Source of the DNA: Camelus ferus
Lineage: Eukaryota
Length of the DNA: 64,000 nt
Reading direction: 5' to 3'
Assembly (NCBI RefSeq): GCF_009834535.1
Contig: NC_045718.1
Span: forward strand, 31,868,001-31,932,000
The notes below the pieces were generated by a model. The model saw only the letters and a list, made by a program, of their open reading frames with translations. It was not told the origin of the DNA and did no database searches. The stretch's first letter is position 1. Each line of letters starts with the position of its first letter. Positions 21,900 through 32,586 of the stretch are shown here, piece after piece. The translations under genes were made by a program, and so were the position numbers.

Positions 21900-22012
21900 A
21901 GGCTGTGAGCCCCTAATGGCAGGGACTGAGTCTTGTCATCTTTGTATCCTAAGCCCAGTACGCTGCCTGGCCCGTAGTGTGTGCTTAATAAATGCCTGGT
22001 GAATGGATGAAG
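21900..22012 (+). mobile_element. L2 3-prime end
   Basis: ctgtgagccc..ggcagggactgagtcttgtcatctttgtatcc..gcctggcccgtagtgtgtgcttaataaatg. Confidence 0.8.
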
Positions 22013-22289
22013 CACAGTGCAGAACCCTGCCTCCCCAGTGTCTAAGCTGCTGCTATTAGGTGCTTCTGGGATGGGCAGGGCAGGACCAGGAGAGCGGGAC
22101 GTCCACACAGGTGCTGCAAGGGTAGGAGACCACAGGCTCTAAGAAACCTACTGAACTTTGTCTCAAATGACAGGGCATGGGTGGAGCTCCTAGACTAGTA
22201 GCCAGGAGTTGGGCTAGGATGGAGGGATGGTGGGAAAGGGAAACAGGGTCAAGAAGCTCCTTGTGAACCTCATACTAAGAAATCCACAA

Positions 22290-22426
22290 GGGAACGGTAT
22301 AGCTCAAGTGGTAAAGCACATGCTCAGCACCCAAGTGGTCCTGGGTTCAATCCCCAGTACCTCCTCCAAGCGGAAACCAAGGAAGAAATCTAATTACCTC
22401 CACTCATAAAACAAACAACACAAGCC
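22290..22426 (+). mobile_element. tRNA-derived camelid-type SINE with TSD
   Basis: gggaacggtatagctcaagtggtaaagcacatgc..gtcctgggttcaatccccagtacctcc (pol III A and B boxes). TSD AAGAAATCCA(G)CAAG at 22277 and 22427. Confidence 0.88.
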
Positions 22427-23934
22427 AAGAAATCCAGCAAGACAAAAAGCAGCAACAAAGTATTGCTGCCAGTAACAGTGATAACCACAGATCCAGAAGA
22501 CGGCAGTACGGTCACTTCGTCTCAGCGCAATCTCTCCTGCCCGACTTGCTCGCCAGCCATGGCTCTCCGGGGGCCTGGGCAGCTCAGACACGGATGCAGT
22601 CTCCCGAGCAGAACTTCCTGTAAGAACATGACTCCTGAAGGAGGAGCTGGGGGGTTGGAGAGGAGGTAGTGCTACACTCGGCACCCCTCTTGCTTTGGGT
22701 GACCTTCCCCGTGACTCTCTTTTCCAACCAAACCTGGGACGTGTGAAATGACAGGTGCACGTGTATTTATAAGAACGATAAGTCAGAACACAGATCACGT
22801 TTGACATCTGAGAGGAGTCTGTCCTGCAGCCTTTTGGAATCCTACTATTTAAACACACAAATGGCATAATCTTCCTACTGAAACTCATTGAAAAAGTTAC
22901 CTTTGGACATTTCCATACAGACTTTATTCAGGACCAGTTCATGGCCTACCTCTCAGCCACCACAGAATTCAACACTCCTCTCTAATTTATTACAAAACTT
23001 CTCTTTTCTGGCAAAGACCCAAAAGTTTCTTAAATTCTCTTCGTTCGTCTTCCCTTCCATCACTAATCTCAGCAGTTGGAATGGTTTTTGAGGCTATTTT
23101 GCCAAGTCCCACTTCACAAGAGTTGTGGCGTCTCTGACACAAGATGAGAGCAGCAGCGCCGTGTTGAGACGTGGGTACCGGGTGGTCCACACAACTCAGA
23201 GTCAGGCCTCGGTAGACTGATAAATTCCATACAGCATCGCCCTTTGGGGTCACTCCTAAATAGGAGGAACTCCTCCAATTCAGTTTAAGAACAGCAAGTG
23301 TTTGCTGTCTTTGAAATTGAGGCTGTTTGGGAAATTTTACAATATTGGTTGGGGCTGCTGAAAACTTCAAAGAGAATACCACTCATAATCTCAAGTACAG
23401 CTGGCCCTGAAAATGTCTTGCAGTGAATATCATTTAGATAGTCTCAATATAATGTAAAGGAAATGTGGTTGAGAGTTGGAAATTACAAAATAACTATGTC
23501 AGAGAAGAGGAGAATGTGGGTACAAGTGTAAGATAGATAAATTCTCATCTACCACAATTGAAAATGTCTCGAATGTTAAATCAAGAAAGAGCATTCTGAG
23601 TCTGTATTTGGAGATATGGAAATGCCAGAGGGAAGATCTAGACAATTAATGGTGATTGCCTGAGGGAGTTCTGCCCAATTCTTCCATCAGGAACATCTAA
23701 CAAGGTAAAGAAACTATTTTTAAGTCTATTTGGAGGTACTGGGGAACTATAAGGCAGTAAGTAGAGCTAAGATACAAGAGAAGGACTTGGAGCAACTGAA
23801 ATCAAGAAGGAGGACCACATTTAAATTAAGACCCACCCATCCAAAGGCCATCAGTGAGCAAATAGGCCAACGACAGTATGGAAGAATAAGACATGCATCT
23901 ATAAGTGACCCATAGCCAACATAGGAAAGCCCCC

Positions 23935-24745
23935 CGACAAACCAAGAAGAAAAAGACAACACAGAAGAAAAATGGACAAAAGGCTTAAGAATTTCACGAA
24001 AGGATATCCAGTGGCCAAAAGCAAATGAAAAGATATTCAACCTCCTTTAGTTATCCGGGAAATGCAAATTAAAACCACATCACGATACCACTACACACCC
24101 TCCAGGATGGCTAAAGTTAAGAAGGCGGACAGTATCAAGTATTGGCAAGGATGTGGAGCGGTTGAAACTCTCCTGCATTATTGGTGAGAATGTAAATTGG
24201 TATACTTTCAAAAACAGTCCATCAGTATCTACCAAAGTTGAACCCACATGTGACCTGTGACACCATGACTCTACTCATTGGTAGAAACCCACACACACGT
24301 GCACCAGAAGGCAAAAATGTTACGGCAGCATTATTTGCAGTAGCCGCCATTGGAAACAACCCACATGTCCACCAACCATAAAAGGGATAAATAAATTGTG
24401 GTTATTGAAAAACACAGAAACAGCCATTACCCGACTGCAGCCACATGCAACAGTATGCGTGAATCTCACAAAAATGTTAAGTCAGAGAAGCGAGGCATGA
24501 CTGCGTTACGTGGTTCCATTTTTAACAATTTTCAAGGAGGCAAACTCACATATGAGGCTAATGGTTACCTTTGGGGATGAGGGCGGGGAGCGTTGGAGGG
24601 GGGCTTCCAAAAGCTGGTCATGTTCTGTTTCTTGATCCAAGTGATGATGTGTGTGTGTCCACTTTGTGACAAGACATTTCATTGTAGCAATTAATTTGTT
24701 CACTTTTCTGTATAGTATTATTCTTCGGTTTAAAAAAAAAAAAAC
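23935..24745 (+). mobile_element. Old L1 (L1MC/ME-like) ORF2 end and 3-prime UTR
   Basis: gggaaatgcaaattaaaaccacatcacgataccactacacacc ... gtattggcaaggatgtggag. Confidence 0.85.
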
Positions 24746-26311
24746 AAATACCTTATCTTTGTTAAGATCGACCTCTGGTCTCCGTGTGTTTCCCTGCCCA
24801 GCCCCAACCAAAGGAAAAACACAAGTGATTGGCTGGGGGGCTTAGGGAGACTGAGGGAGGCGGGGGTGGGACAGGCCACAGCCAACTTTCATTTTGAGCC
24901 TCTGGTATTATTTAATGTTCAACCCTGTGCAGGCATTTCATTAAGAATACTTTAATATAGACAGACTATTTAGCCAGTATTTACATAGATAAAATGGAGA
25001 CACTAACTTCTGTCCTTGACAGAAGACAAAGAAAATAGAATTAGCTAGAATTTAAAAATTAAACCAACAAAAGAACCAGCAAAGAAAAACAACATTCTTT
25101 CAACAGGTGACCATACATGTGAATGATACATAGGATGTTTTGCTCAATTTTATTTTTTTTAAGATTAAAGAAATGCTTCCTCTGTTTTACTAGCCATCAA
25201 ACATCTGATGTCTCCATGGCCCCAATAACTTCCATTTAGATAGACCTGTCTTAAACATCTTTATTTTCCAGACAGTTCTATGGCAGGAACTCGCTCAGGC
25301 TGTGGTCCTCTCAGGCCCCACAGGTCTGGGCGAGTGTGACAAGGAAGCGTTATTCCTGAAACTGGGGGCCCTGCTCCCGCAGGCTGGAAACAGTGTTTCT
25401 TTTCCCAGCGCAGGCAGGTCACCTCTGCAGGCCCCTGTTTTCCTGTCTCCTCTGCGGGAAGGTTGTCTCTCTGAGACGTGATAAAATCAATGACATCATG
25501 TCTCATCGGGCCCCAGCCGCCTCAGGAAGCAGGTGCTTTGGTGTGGTGGAGCCTGGGGCATTTTTCTGCCGAGCTGACCTGGGTTTGCCGCTCAAGCAGC
25601 TCTCAGGACCTAACACTTGAGGCCGCTTTCATGGTTTTTCCAATGACCTTGGCCATGAATGGGTCCCCAGCTCTTTCCCCAGCTGCAGCTGTGTTGTAGG
25701 GCCAGCATCTTCCAGGCCTGCAGGTTGTGCCAAGCCTGGAGGGATTTGCAAAAATAAGTAACCAGTGTTTCTGTGCTCCAGAAAACACTGTGAAAACAAG
25801 AAAGCCCTTTTGGAGAGGGGACCAGGAGTCACCACTGGTGCTTCCTGGGAGGACCTTCAGGCTTAGCGTCCAACAAAGGAGGGAGCACTGGCTGGTGAAG
25901 GCACCGCCTCTAGCTGGACTCAGTCTGCAGCCTCAAGTGAGCCTGGGGCAGGCGTTCCCCAGCTCGCATCCACCCCAGACACAGCCATAGGAAACATTCG
26001 GCTTGGAACCCGGAGATGCCCTGGCTGTGTGTGGTTTCACTGCTTGGAGCTTCAGGATTTGGTTTGTTGTTGTAATTTCCCCCCCAGGATTAAAAAGTAT
26101 GTAGAAACTAGTAGCACAGTTCTAGCACAAAATAAATGCACATTAACACCCGGCGGCTGATGGAGACAGGGCTGTGTCGTGTAAATCGCCCATCCAAGTT
26201 TCCCTGGTTCCTTGGATCTGCCTTCAGTTCCTCTGCTCTGTCCCTGGGGTGAAACTGACCTCTTTGGAAGTTTAGGCAATGCCTTTGGAAATCTGAGAAG
26301 GAAATCCCTGA

Positions 26312-27450
26312 GTTGTTTGTTTGTTTGCTTTAAACATAAAATGAAATGGACAGATCCTAACTATATATACTTCAGTGCCTTTTGACAACTGTCTACACCC
26401 ATGTCATCAAGACCTCAGTCAAGATACAGAGAACTGACATCACTCTGGAAAGTGCCCTCTTACTCTTTTTTGGCTAGTACCTGCCCCCGCCCCAACTCAG
26501 ATAACCACTGTTGTGACTTCCATCAGCCTGGATTGATTTTTGCCTCTTCCCGAACTTCACCTAAACGGAATCATTCAGTCAGTCCTTTGCATCGGCCTTC
26601 TTTTACTTATGATCTTTTGAGATTCTTCACGAGGTCACATCCATCAGCGGTTTGCTCTCTTTCACCGCATTGTGTGGATTTACCACCATTTATTTATCCT
26701 GTCTCCTGTTGAGATTTGTTGTTTGCAGTTACTTGCTACTACAAATAAAGCTACCAGGGACCATTCTTTTACAGATGTTTCTGTGGTTGTATTTTTATTT
26801 CTCTTGGGTAACTATCTCAGACTGAAATTGCTGGGTCATAGGGTAGGGATACATTACTTTGAAGAAAAAAAAAAATTGCCAAGCAGTTTTCCAAAATGTT
26901 GAAGAACATTTCGCAGAACTACCAAGCAAGCGTGAGGTTCCAGTTGTTTCAGATCCTCGCCTGCACTTGGTGTGGTCGACCTTTTGCATGTTAACCTTTC
27001 TAGTGAGCGTGAAGTGGTATCTTAGAGTGGTTTTCATTTGCATTTTCCTAATGACTAATATGTTGGATACCTTCTCATGTGCTTGTTACCCATTTGCATA
27101 TATTCTCTTAATAACTGTCTGTTCATGTCTTGAGTCCATCTTAAATGAGTTGTTTATCTTTTTGTCATTGATTTGCAAGTGTGTTTTATGCACTGCAGGC
27201 ACGAGTCTTCCTCAGACATATGTATCACTAATATTTTCTCAGTTTACAGCTTGCCTCTTCATTTTATTAACAGTTTCTTTAATGAGGAAAAGCTTTTCAT
27301 TTTGATGGAGACCAATTTATCAATTTATTTTATAGTTGGTGTTTTTGTGTTCTTATGTGATAAATGTTTGCCTGTATCAAGGTCATGAGGATATTCCTCT
27401 GTGTTTTCTTCTGGAGTCTTTCTACTTTTCACATTTATATTTAAATCTGT
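26312..27450 (-). mobile_element. Old L1 (L1MC/ME-like) 3-prime part
   Basis: gaaattgctgggtcatagggta ... gtggttttcatttgcattttcctaatgactaat. Confidence 0.85.
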
Positions 27451-27924
27451 GCTTGCTGCCCTGGTTTGGGGGGCTGAGTGCAGAGCCCCAGGGAGCTGTT
27501 CTAGCAGGAGACGCACCCCAGCCCAGGGGAATGCTGGCCGGACACTGAGGGGTTGTCCTTTGCTTCCTTATCCTTCTTCCTTCTGAATAGCAAGGAAGAG
27601 TTAGAAGCTGTAGCCTCAGGCTGAGTAAAGGCACATGAAAGCTGCTGGGAGCATCTTTTTTTTTTAAGCAAATGGCTGTCTCTGCCAAGGAAGAAAAGAA
27701 TGAACATGTTTTGGGCATTTCTATTGCTGGTCTCCATGCTGGGAAGTCCACCTAAGTCTTCTCACCTGAGCCCCAGGGCAGGCTCGGCTGATGAGTGGTC
27801 ACCTCCCCACTCACGATCTCTAATCATTGGATGATCTTCCGCTCTTTTACAAGAAGGAAACTCAGACTCAGGTTAAGCAGGGTGACTGTTAGTGAGTGAT
27901 TCAAATCTGCGTTTTTCTCTTTTG

Positions 27925-28042
27925 AGGGGGTAATTTTATTTTTTAATTTTTGGGATTTTTTTTCCCTTAAGGGAGGCATGGGGAATTAAACCCAGAACCT
28001 TGTGTACACAAAGCATGTGGGCTGCCACTTGGCTACACCCCC
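27925..28042 (-). mobile_element. tRNA-derived camelid-type SINE (diverged)
   Basis: gggaggcatggggaattaaacccagaaccttgtgtacacaaagcatgtgggctgccacttggctacacccccc is the reverse of the SINE head. Confidence 0.75.
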
Positions 28043-28379
28043 CAACTCCATGCAAGTCTGTGTTTTTCTGGCTCTGCTCCTTCTTACTGGGCCACTGAAA
28101 TGCTTGCTCAGGGAGGCTGCTCACTTTGCTGGGATCTCCCTTGTTCTTCCCTCGTTGCCAAGACGCGACCGCCCAGTCCTAGCAAACCACCAGCGGACGC
28201 CCACTCTCAGAGCTGACTGCAAACATTTGCCCTCCCTGCACATCTGCTCTTTCTTTTTGTTTCAGTCAGGATTCAGCTGGGAAAACAGAAGTCACCCTAG
28301 GCATTCAAAGTTTCAATTTAGAGAATTAAGGGGTACAGTGAACCAGAGGGAGACCTAAGAGAGTGGAGGTCAGGGAGGC

Positions 28380-28670
28380 CAATGCCAAAGGCCAGCCTGC
28401 AACATGCAAGTAGGCGGACCCGGAAGTCACATCACTGCCAAGAGCCTTTAGGAAGCTCCCACCCGCTTCCTGTGCAGCAGCTCAGGGATGTTGCCTGAGA
28501 GCGCTCCAGGAAGACATCCCAAATCTCAGCTTCCACAGCTCTCGCTGCAACTGCCTCCAAAGAATGATGGCCTTTCCTCTTCCTGCTTCCTAACTTTAGT
28601 AGCATCTCTCATTTGCAAACTCTAACCAGGAACCAGGCAGGAAGGGGATCAGGGAAATGTTCCTGGCTTT
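28380..28670. mobile_element. Ancient ERVL/MaLR-class LTR fragment (family uncertain)
   Basis: ctctcatttgcaaactctaaccaggaacc..ggaaggggatcagggaaatgt resembles the ends of old LTR16/33-type elements. Confidence 0.4.
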
Positions 28671-29194
28671 GCTCTTCTCTGCAGAAGCCGCCTTGAAGGT
28701 GGGGAGAGGTGGTGATTCCTGGTTGTCCTGAGACCGTCAGGTGCTCCCTTGAAGAGGTGCTCCAGCCCCTGAGGGGACTCTGCATCCTCTGAGTGGTATT
28801 TTCAGGGCCCCGCATGGACCTGGGGTTTGGCGTGCTTGTGTCCCCACAGGAGACGTGCAGAAGGAGAGTGATTCTGGGCGAGCCCAGACCTCAGAGACAT
28901 TACCTAAGGTGGCGGGGGCAGCTGTGAACAGAGCCACAGTGTTACCTGAAAACATCGTGCAGGGCAGCAATCTGAAGGGTCCATCCTGTGTCCCCTGCAG
29001 GCAGCCCGGGCCCTGCTATGGGGCTTCTGTGGCCTCAGAGGAAACAACACACACTGAACGACATGCATCCAGAAGCCTCAGCGACTCCTGCATCCCTAGG
29101 AGGAGGGGACCGGGAGCTGGTTTGGGAACGTGAGGGGGCTCTCCTACCACAATGGCCAGTTGCTCAAAGGAAACCATCATAGAAAAGAAAAAAG

Positions 29195-29376
29195 TGTGGG
29201 CTATGGAGCATCACATGTTGAACTGCACCCCCTCAAAACCTCAACCTCCAGAGAGCGAACCTGCAGACACTTGATCTGGGACCTCCAGTCTCCAGAACTG
29301 GGAGACAATAAAAGCCTATTGTTTAAGCCACTCAGTCCATAGGAACTTGTCACAGCAGCCATAGGAAACCAGCACA
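29195..29376 (+). mobile_element. MLT1 (MaLR) LTR, internally deleted
   Basis: cctgcagacacttgatctgggacctccagtctccagaactgggagacaataaaagcctattgtttaagccactcagtc. Confidence 0.85.
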
Positions 29377-29899
29377 GGGAAGGTCAATCCTTCCAGAGAT
29401 GGGTGAGGGGTGAGGTGTTCCTGGCTGGTCTGACACAGAGTGGGAGAGCCTGGCTGTGGGTTGGAAAAGAACTAGAATCTTCTATTGATGTCTCAGCATC
29501 CCATTCCATCACGTCACTTGGGCTTCACTCTTGCTTGGCTAGGGAATTCCGTGGCCCAGGTGCTGGAGGTGGCCAGCGAGGAGCCTGGAAGGCTGATAGG
29601 GTCCCTGGGCCAGTGGAGCTGGGCCGCGAGCAGGCAGAGCCCTGCTGTGGCTCCCTCGCCCCATTGTAGGTCCGGACCCCAATCTGCCTCCAGGATGTAT
29701 GGTGTCCACAGGGTCTGCCTGTCCCCTGAGTCCTGCCTGCCCTCCTCTGCCCATAACGGTGGGGGAGGCAGAAGGAGAAGGCACGATTCCTATCCACAGC
29801 CCTTCCATCCTTCATCCAGCCCTTGATGAGAACCGGTGTGAAATGCTTGGGCCGGTGGAATTTCTGCAGCAGGGTGAGGTGGTCAAACCTCTCACTGGC

Positions 29900-30060
29900 G
29901 GAGCTGGATTGATCTGGTTTTGAATCCCAGTGGTTCCGCAGATTAGATTTGTGAGTTTGGGCCAGTCAATGAACTCTCCTGAGTTTGCGTTTCCTCATTT
30001 GTATTATAGGACTAACAACAGAGTTTTGTGAGTCTTATTTGCAATAATCCATGCATTTGG
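29900..30060 (+). mobile_element. MIR fragment
   Basis: ggttttgaatcccag..ctcctgagtttgcgtttcctcatttgta. Confidence 0.65.
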
Positions 30061-30496
30061 CATCAAGCCCAAGTGCAACGGCCTCTAGTGATGCTCACTA
30101 TTTCTCCTGCTCCTTCCCCGGCTGAGATGCGCATTGATATTCCCTACTGGGGAGAGCGGAGTCTTCTTCCTGGGAACGGGAGCTGAGTCAGCTCCCTTGG
30201 GACTGTCCAGGCGGCCGCCCTTTCCGCACCCCGCAGAGGAGAGCAACAAACCAAGCATGCTCACTCGCCTGCTCTGTAATTTTTAATGTGTTTTTATCTT
30301 TGCATGAAGGGAGAGGATGCTATTTTTTTTAATCTTGAATCTTTCTGCATATGTAATGATTGACCCCTGCATATATTCTGTCTTCAGGTAAAAAACGATG
30401 GCGTTTCAATGGTGTTATCACCCCTGCTGCTCAGACTCCAGGGAAGCCTCATGGGGGGGTCCATGTTTAAGATTAGGTTTATCTGTCTGTTTACAC

Positions 30497-31020
30497 TGTG
30501 TGAATTCCAGGATTTCAGGGCTGATGCAGGAAAAGAGCATGACCACTAGGTGGCAGTGCACACAGCGCGCTTTATTTAGATGGCACTTGGACAGGTTACC
30601 TGGGAGGGAGAGTCCCTCGCAGCAGGAGAGCTTCCAGGGACAGAGGCTCAGGGCCACCACCCAGAAGGGGAGAGAGCAAGGGCACTACGTGTTTAGGTGA
30701 GGTCATTCAGCAGCATGGTGCAGAGTCTTTAGGTCAGAGAGCTCCGAAGGGCAGCCACAGTTTGGGGTCTTTTATAGACCTGGGATTTGTCTTCTCTATG
30801 GCCAGCAGATGTTGGGTGCAGGTTTGTGAGGTTATTAAAAGCAGGCAGGCTCTAAATGGGTTTAAAAAAAAAACTTATCTGGGCTGTATCTAAAGCCATT
30901 GGGTGTGTAAAAATTTGACTTCGGTGAGGGCGAGCATGGAGCTAGTGTTTCTGCACCACTGTGCAGAAGTGAACAGCCTAGGGGCCGGTGCACAGGGGCC
31001 ATTTTAAACCCATTTATACA
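30497..31020 (-). mobile_element. Solo ERV1-class LTR (524 bp) with 4-bp TSD, TATA box, polyA signal and CTCF motif
   Basis: TG..CA termini on the minus strand, ACAC on both flanks (30493-30496 and 31021-31024), TATAAAA at 30776-30770, AATAAA at 30576-30571. Confidence 0.75.
30543..30556 (+). promoter_or_regulatory. CTCF motif inside the solo LTR (U5 end)
   Basis: CCACTAGGTGGCAG matches CCASYAGRKGGCRS at 14/14. Confidence 0.7.
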
Positions 31021-32037
31021 ACACAGCCCTAAAGAAAATTGTGGAAGGCACGCAGGACCTATTTGTCTGGCCTCCTTAGATTGTGTTGTAGTCTCTACCG
31101 CCATGGTGGTGAGTGCGGATGAGCCCTAGTGGCTGCCCAGTAAAGTTTACAAACTACTGCCCAGCCCAGCCCAGATCCTCAGCTGTCACGAAAACACAGT
31201 AGAAGGAAAAGCAGGAACAGCATAGAAGCATTCCCAGAACGCTGGGGATAGGATTACCAGCCCCAGGGTCACCGTCTCCACAGGAAGTCCCTAGGCTCCT
31301 GCCGAGGGTCAGAACAAACCTGAAGTTTCAGGGCATCAACAACGTGTGGGTGTCACAGCCTCAGCCGACAAAGGGCTTGCTTTCTTCATTGGCAGATTTT
31401 TCATTATTTCCATGAAGCAGATGATGATGTATTTGGCCAACAGACATCTTGTTCAATGGATTTCCAAGCTGGTTATAAAAATAAAAGCGAAGTAATGCCA
31501 TCGTATCTAAGATGTCATTGATTACAAGCTATTCCTTTATTGGATGTACCACTCATGTATCTTAAAAACTGCCATTTAAATAATGGCAATTGTTTGTATA
31601 ATGCATGCTGGTCGCTCAGTGTTAAGTATGAAAGAAATGTGTTTTGGAATTGATGAGCTGCAGTAGTACAAACTGCTCCCTTGTGGATGAGCCCACACAC
31701 ATCCTCCCACACACACAGAGCCTGTGGTGACAGAGAGGGTCTTTAAGGTGCCCTTTCCACTCCCACATCCTGTGGTTTTGGTCCAATGCTTTCCTCGTGG
31801 GAGGCTCGGCATGTTTCCATGGGCCCAGATCCCCCGCTGGAACAGGGAGTCCCTTGGGGTAGCACTGTCAGAGGTTCCCCAGGTCTCAGACAGCAGGATC
31901 TGACATTCTTAAAAATGGAACACACTGAAATAGTGTCATTATGTAATGAATTTATCCTCTGTTCCTAGCTGCAGAGCGAGGATTAGAGCAGAGGCTTGGC
32001 GAACTGACCCCAGTGGGGAGGGACCACCATTTGCCCC

Positions 32038-32586
32038 TGTAGAAGAGGAGGAATCATTTTCTCTCAACTGTTCTGAGTTCTTAGCTAAGACTCCTGTAAT
32101 AAAAGACAGATTAACAAGAGAAGAGCAAATAAGTTTATTAACATGTGTACCTCCTGTAGACACGGGAGATACCCAGGGAAAAATGAGTAACTCCCTGAGA
32201 TGGTTTAGAATTCAGGCTTAAATATCATCTTCATAGGGAAAGGGGCGAGGGGATGTAGGCCTCTTAGGGGAGAGTAAGTGATTCTGGGGACAGGTGAATG
32301 GGCCCTCGGGAGACTAGACGGGAGATACGGTTTGTGACGGAGTCTGGATGCGGTGTCGCTCTCTGGTCTCCTGTCCTGTGATGAGTCAGTCTTCCCTGAC
32401 TGATGAAAGTCCCAGGGAGGGGATTTATGACCAGTTATGTTTCTTTTGGAGGAGCCGTCTTTAGGCAGATAAAGGAAGTTCAGCTAAAGCTTTTCTTTGC
32501 ATTGACTGTTTCTCAGGTGTCTGTAGCTCAAAATAATCAATATGCCAAAACAGCGTATTTGGGGTGCAATATTCTGCCATCCTTCA
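32038..32586 (-). mobile_element. Solo MER34/MER39-like ERV1 LTR (549 bp)
   Basis: Minus strand starts tgaaggatggcagaatattgcaccccaaatacgctgttttggcatattgattattttgagcta and ends ..cctcttctaca. AATAAA at 32139-32134; flanks CCCC and CCTC. Confidence 0.85.

Noticed and set aside
22290-22370. tRNA-like sequence (also at 56687, 54150 and 27970)
   Set aside because: Lacks a full cloverleaf and has A-rich tails and TSDs, so these are SINE heads and not tRNA genes.
30497-32586. Possible deleted provirus bounded by two LTRs
   Set aside because: The LTRs belong to different families, each has its own flanking duplication, and I found no PBS, PPT or internal coding remnant.
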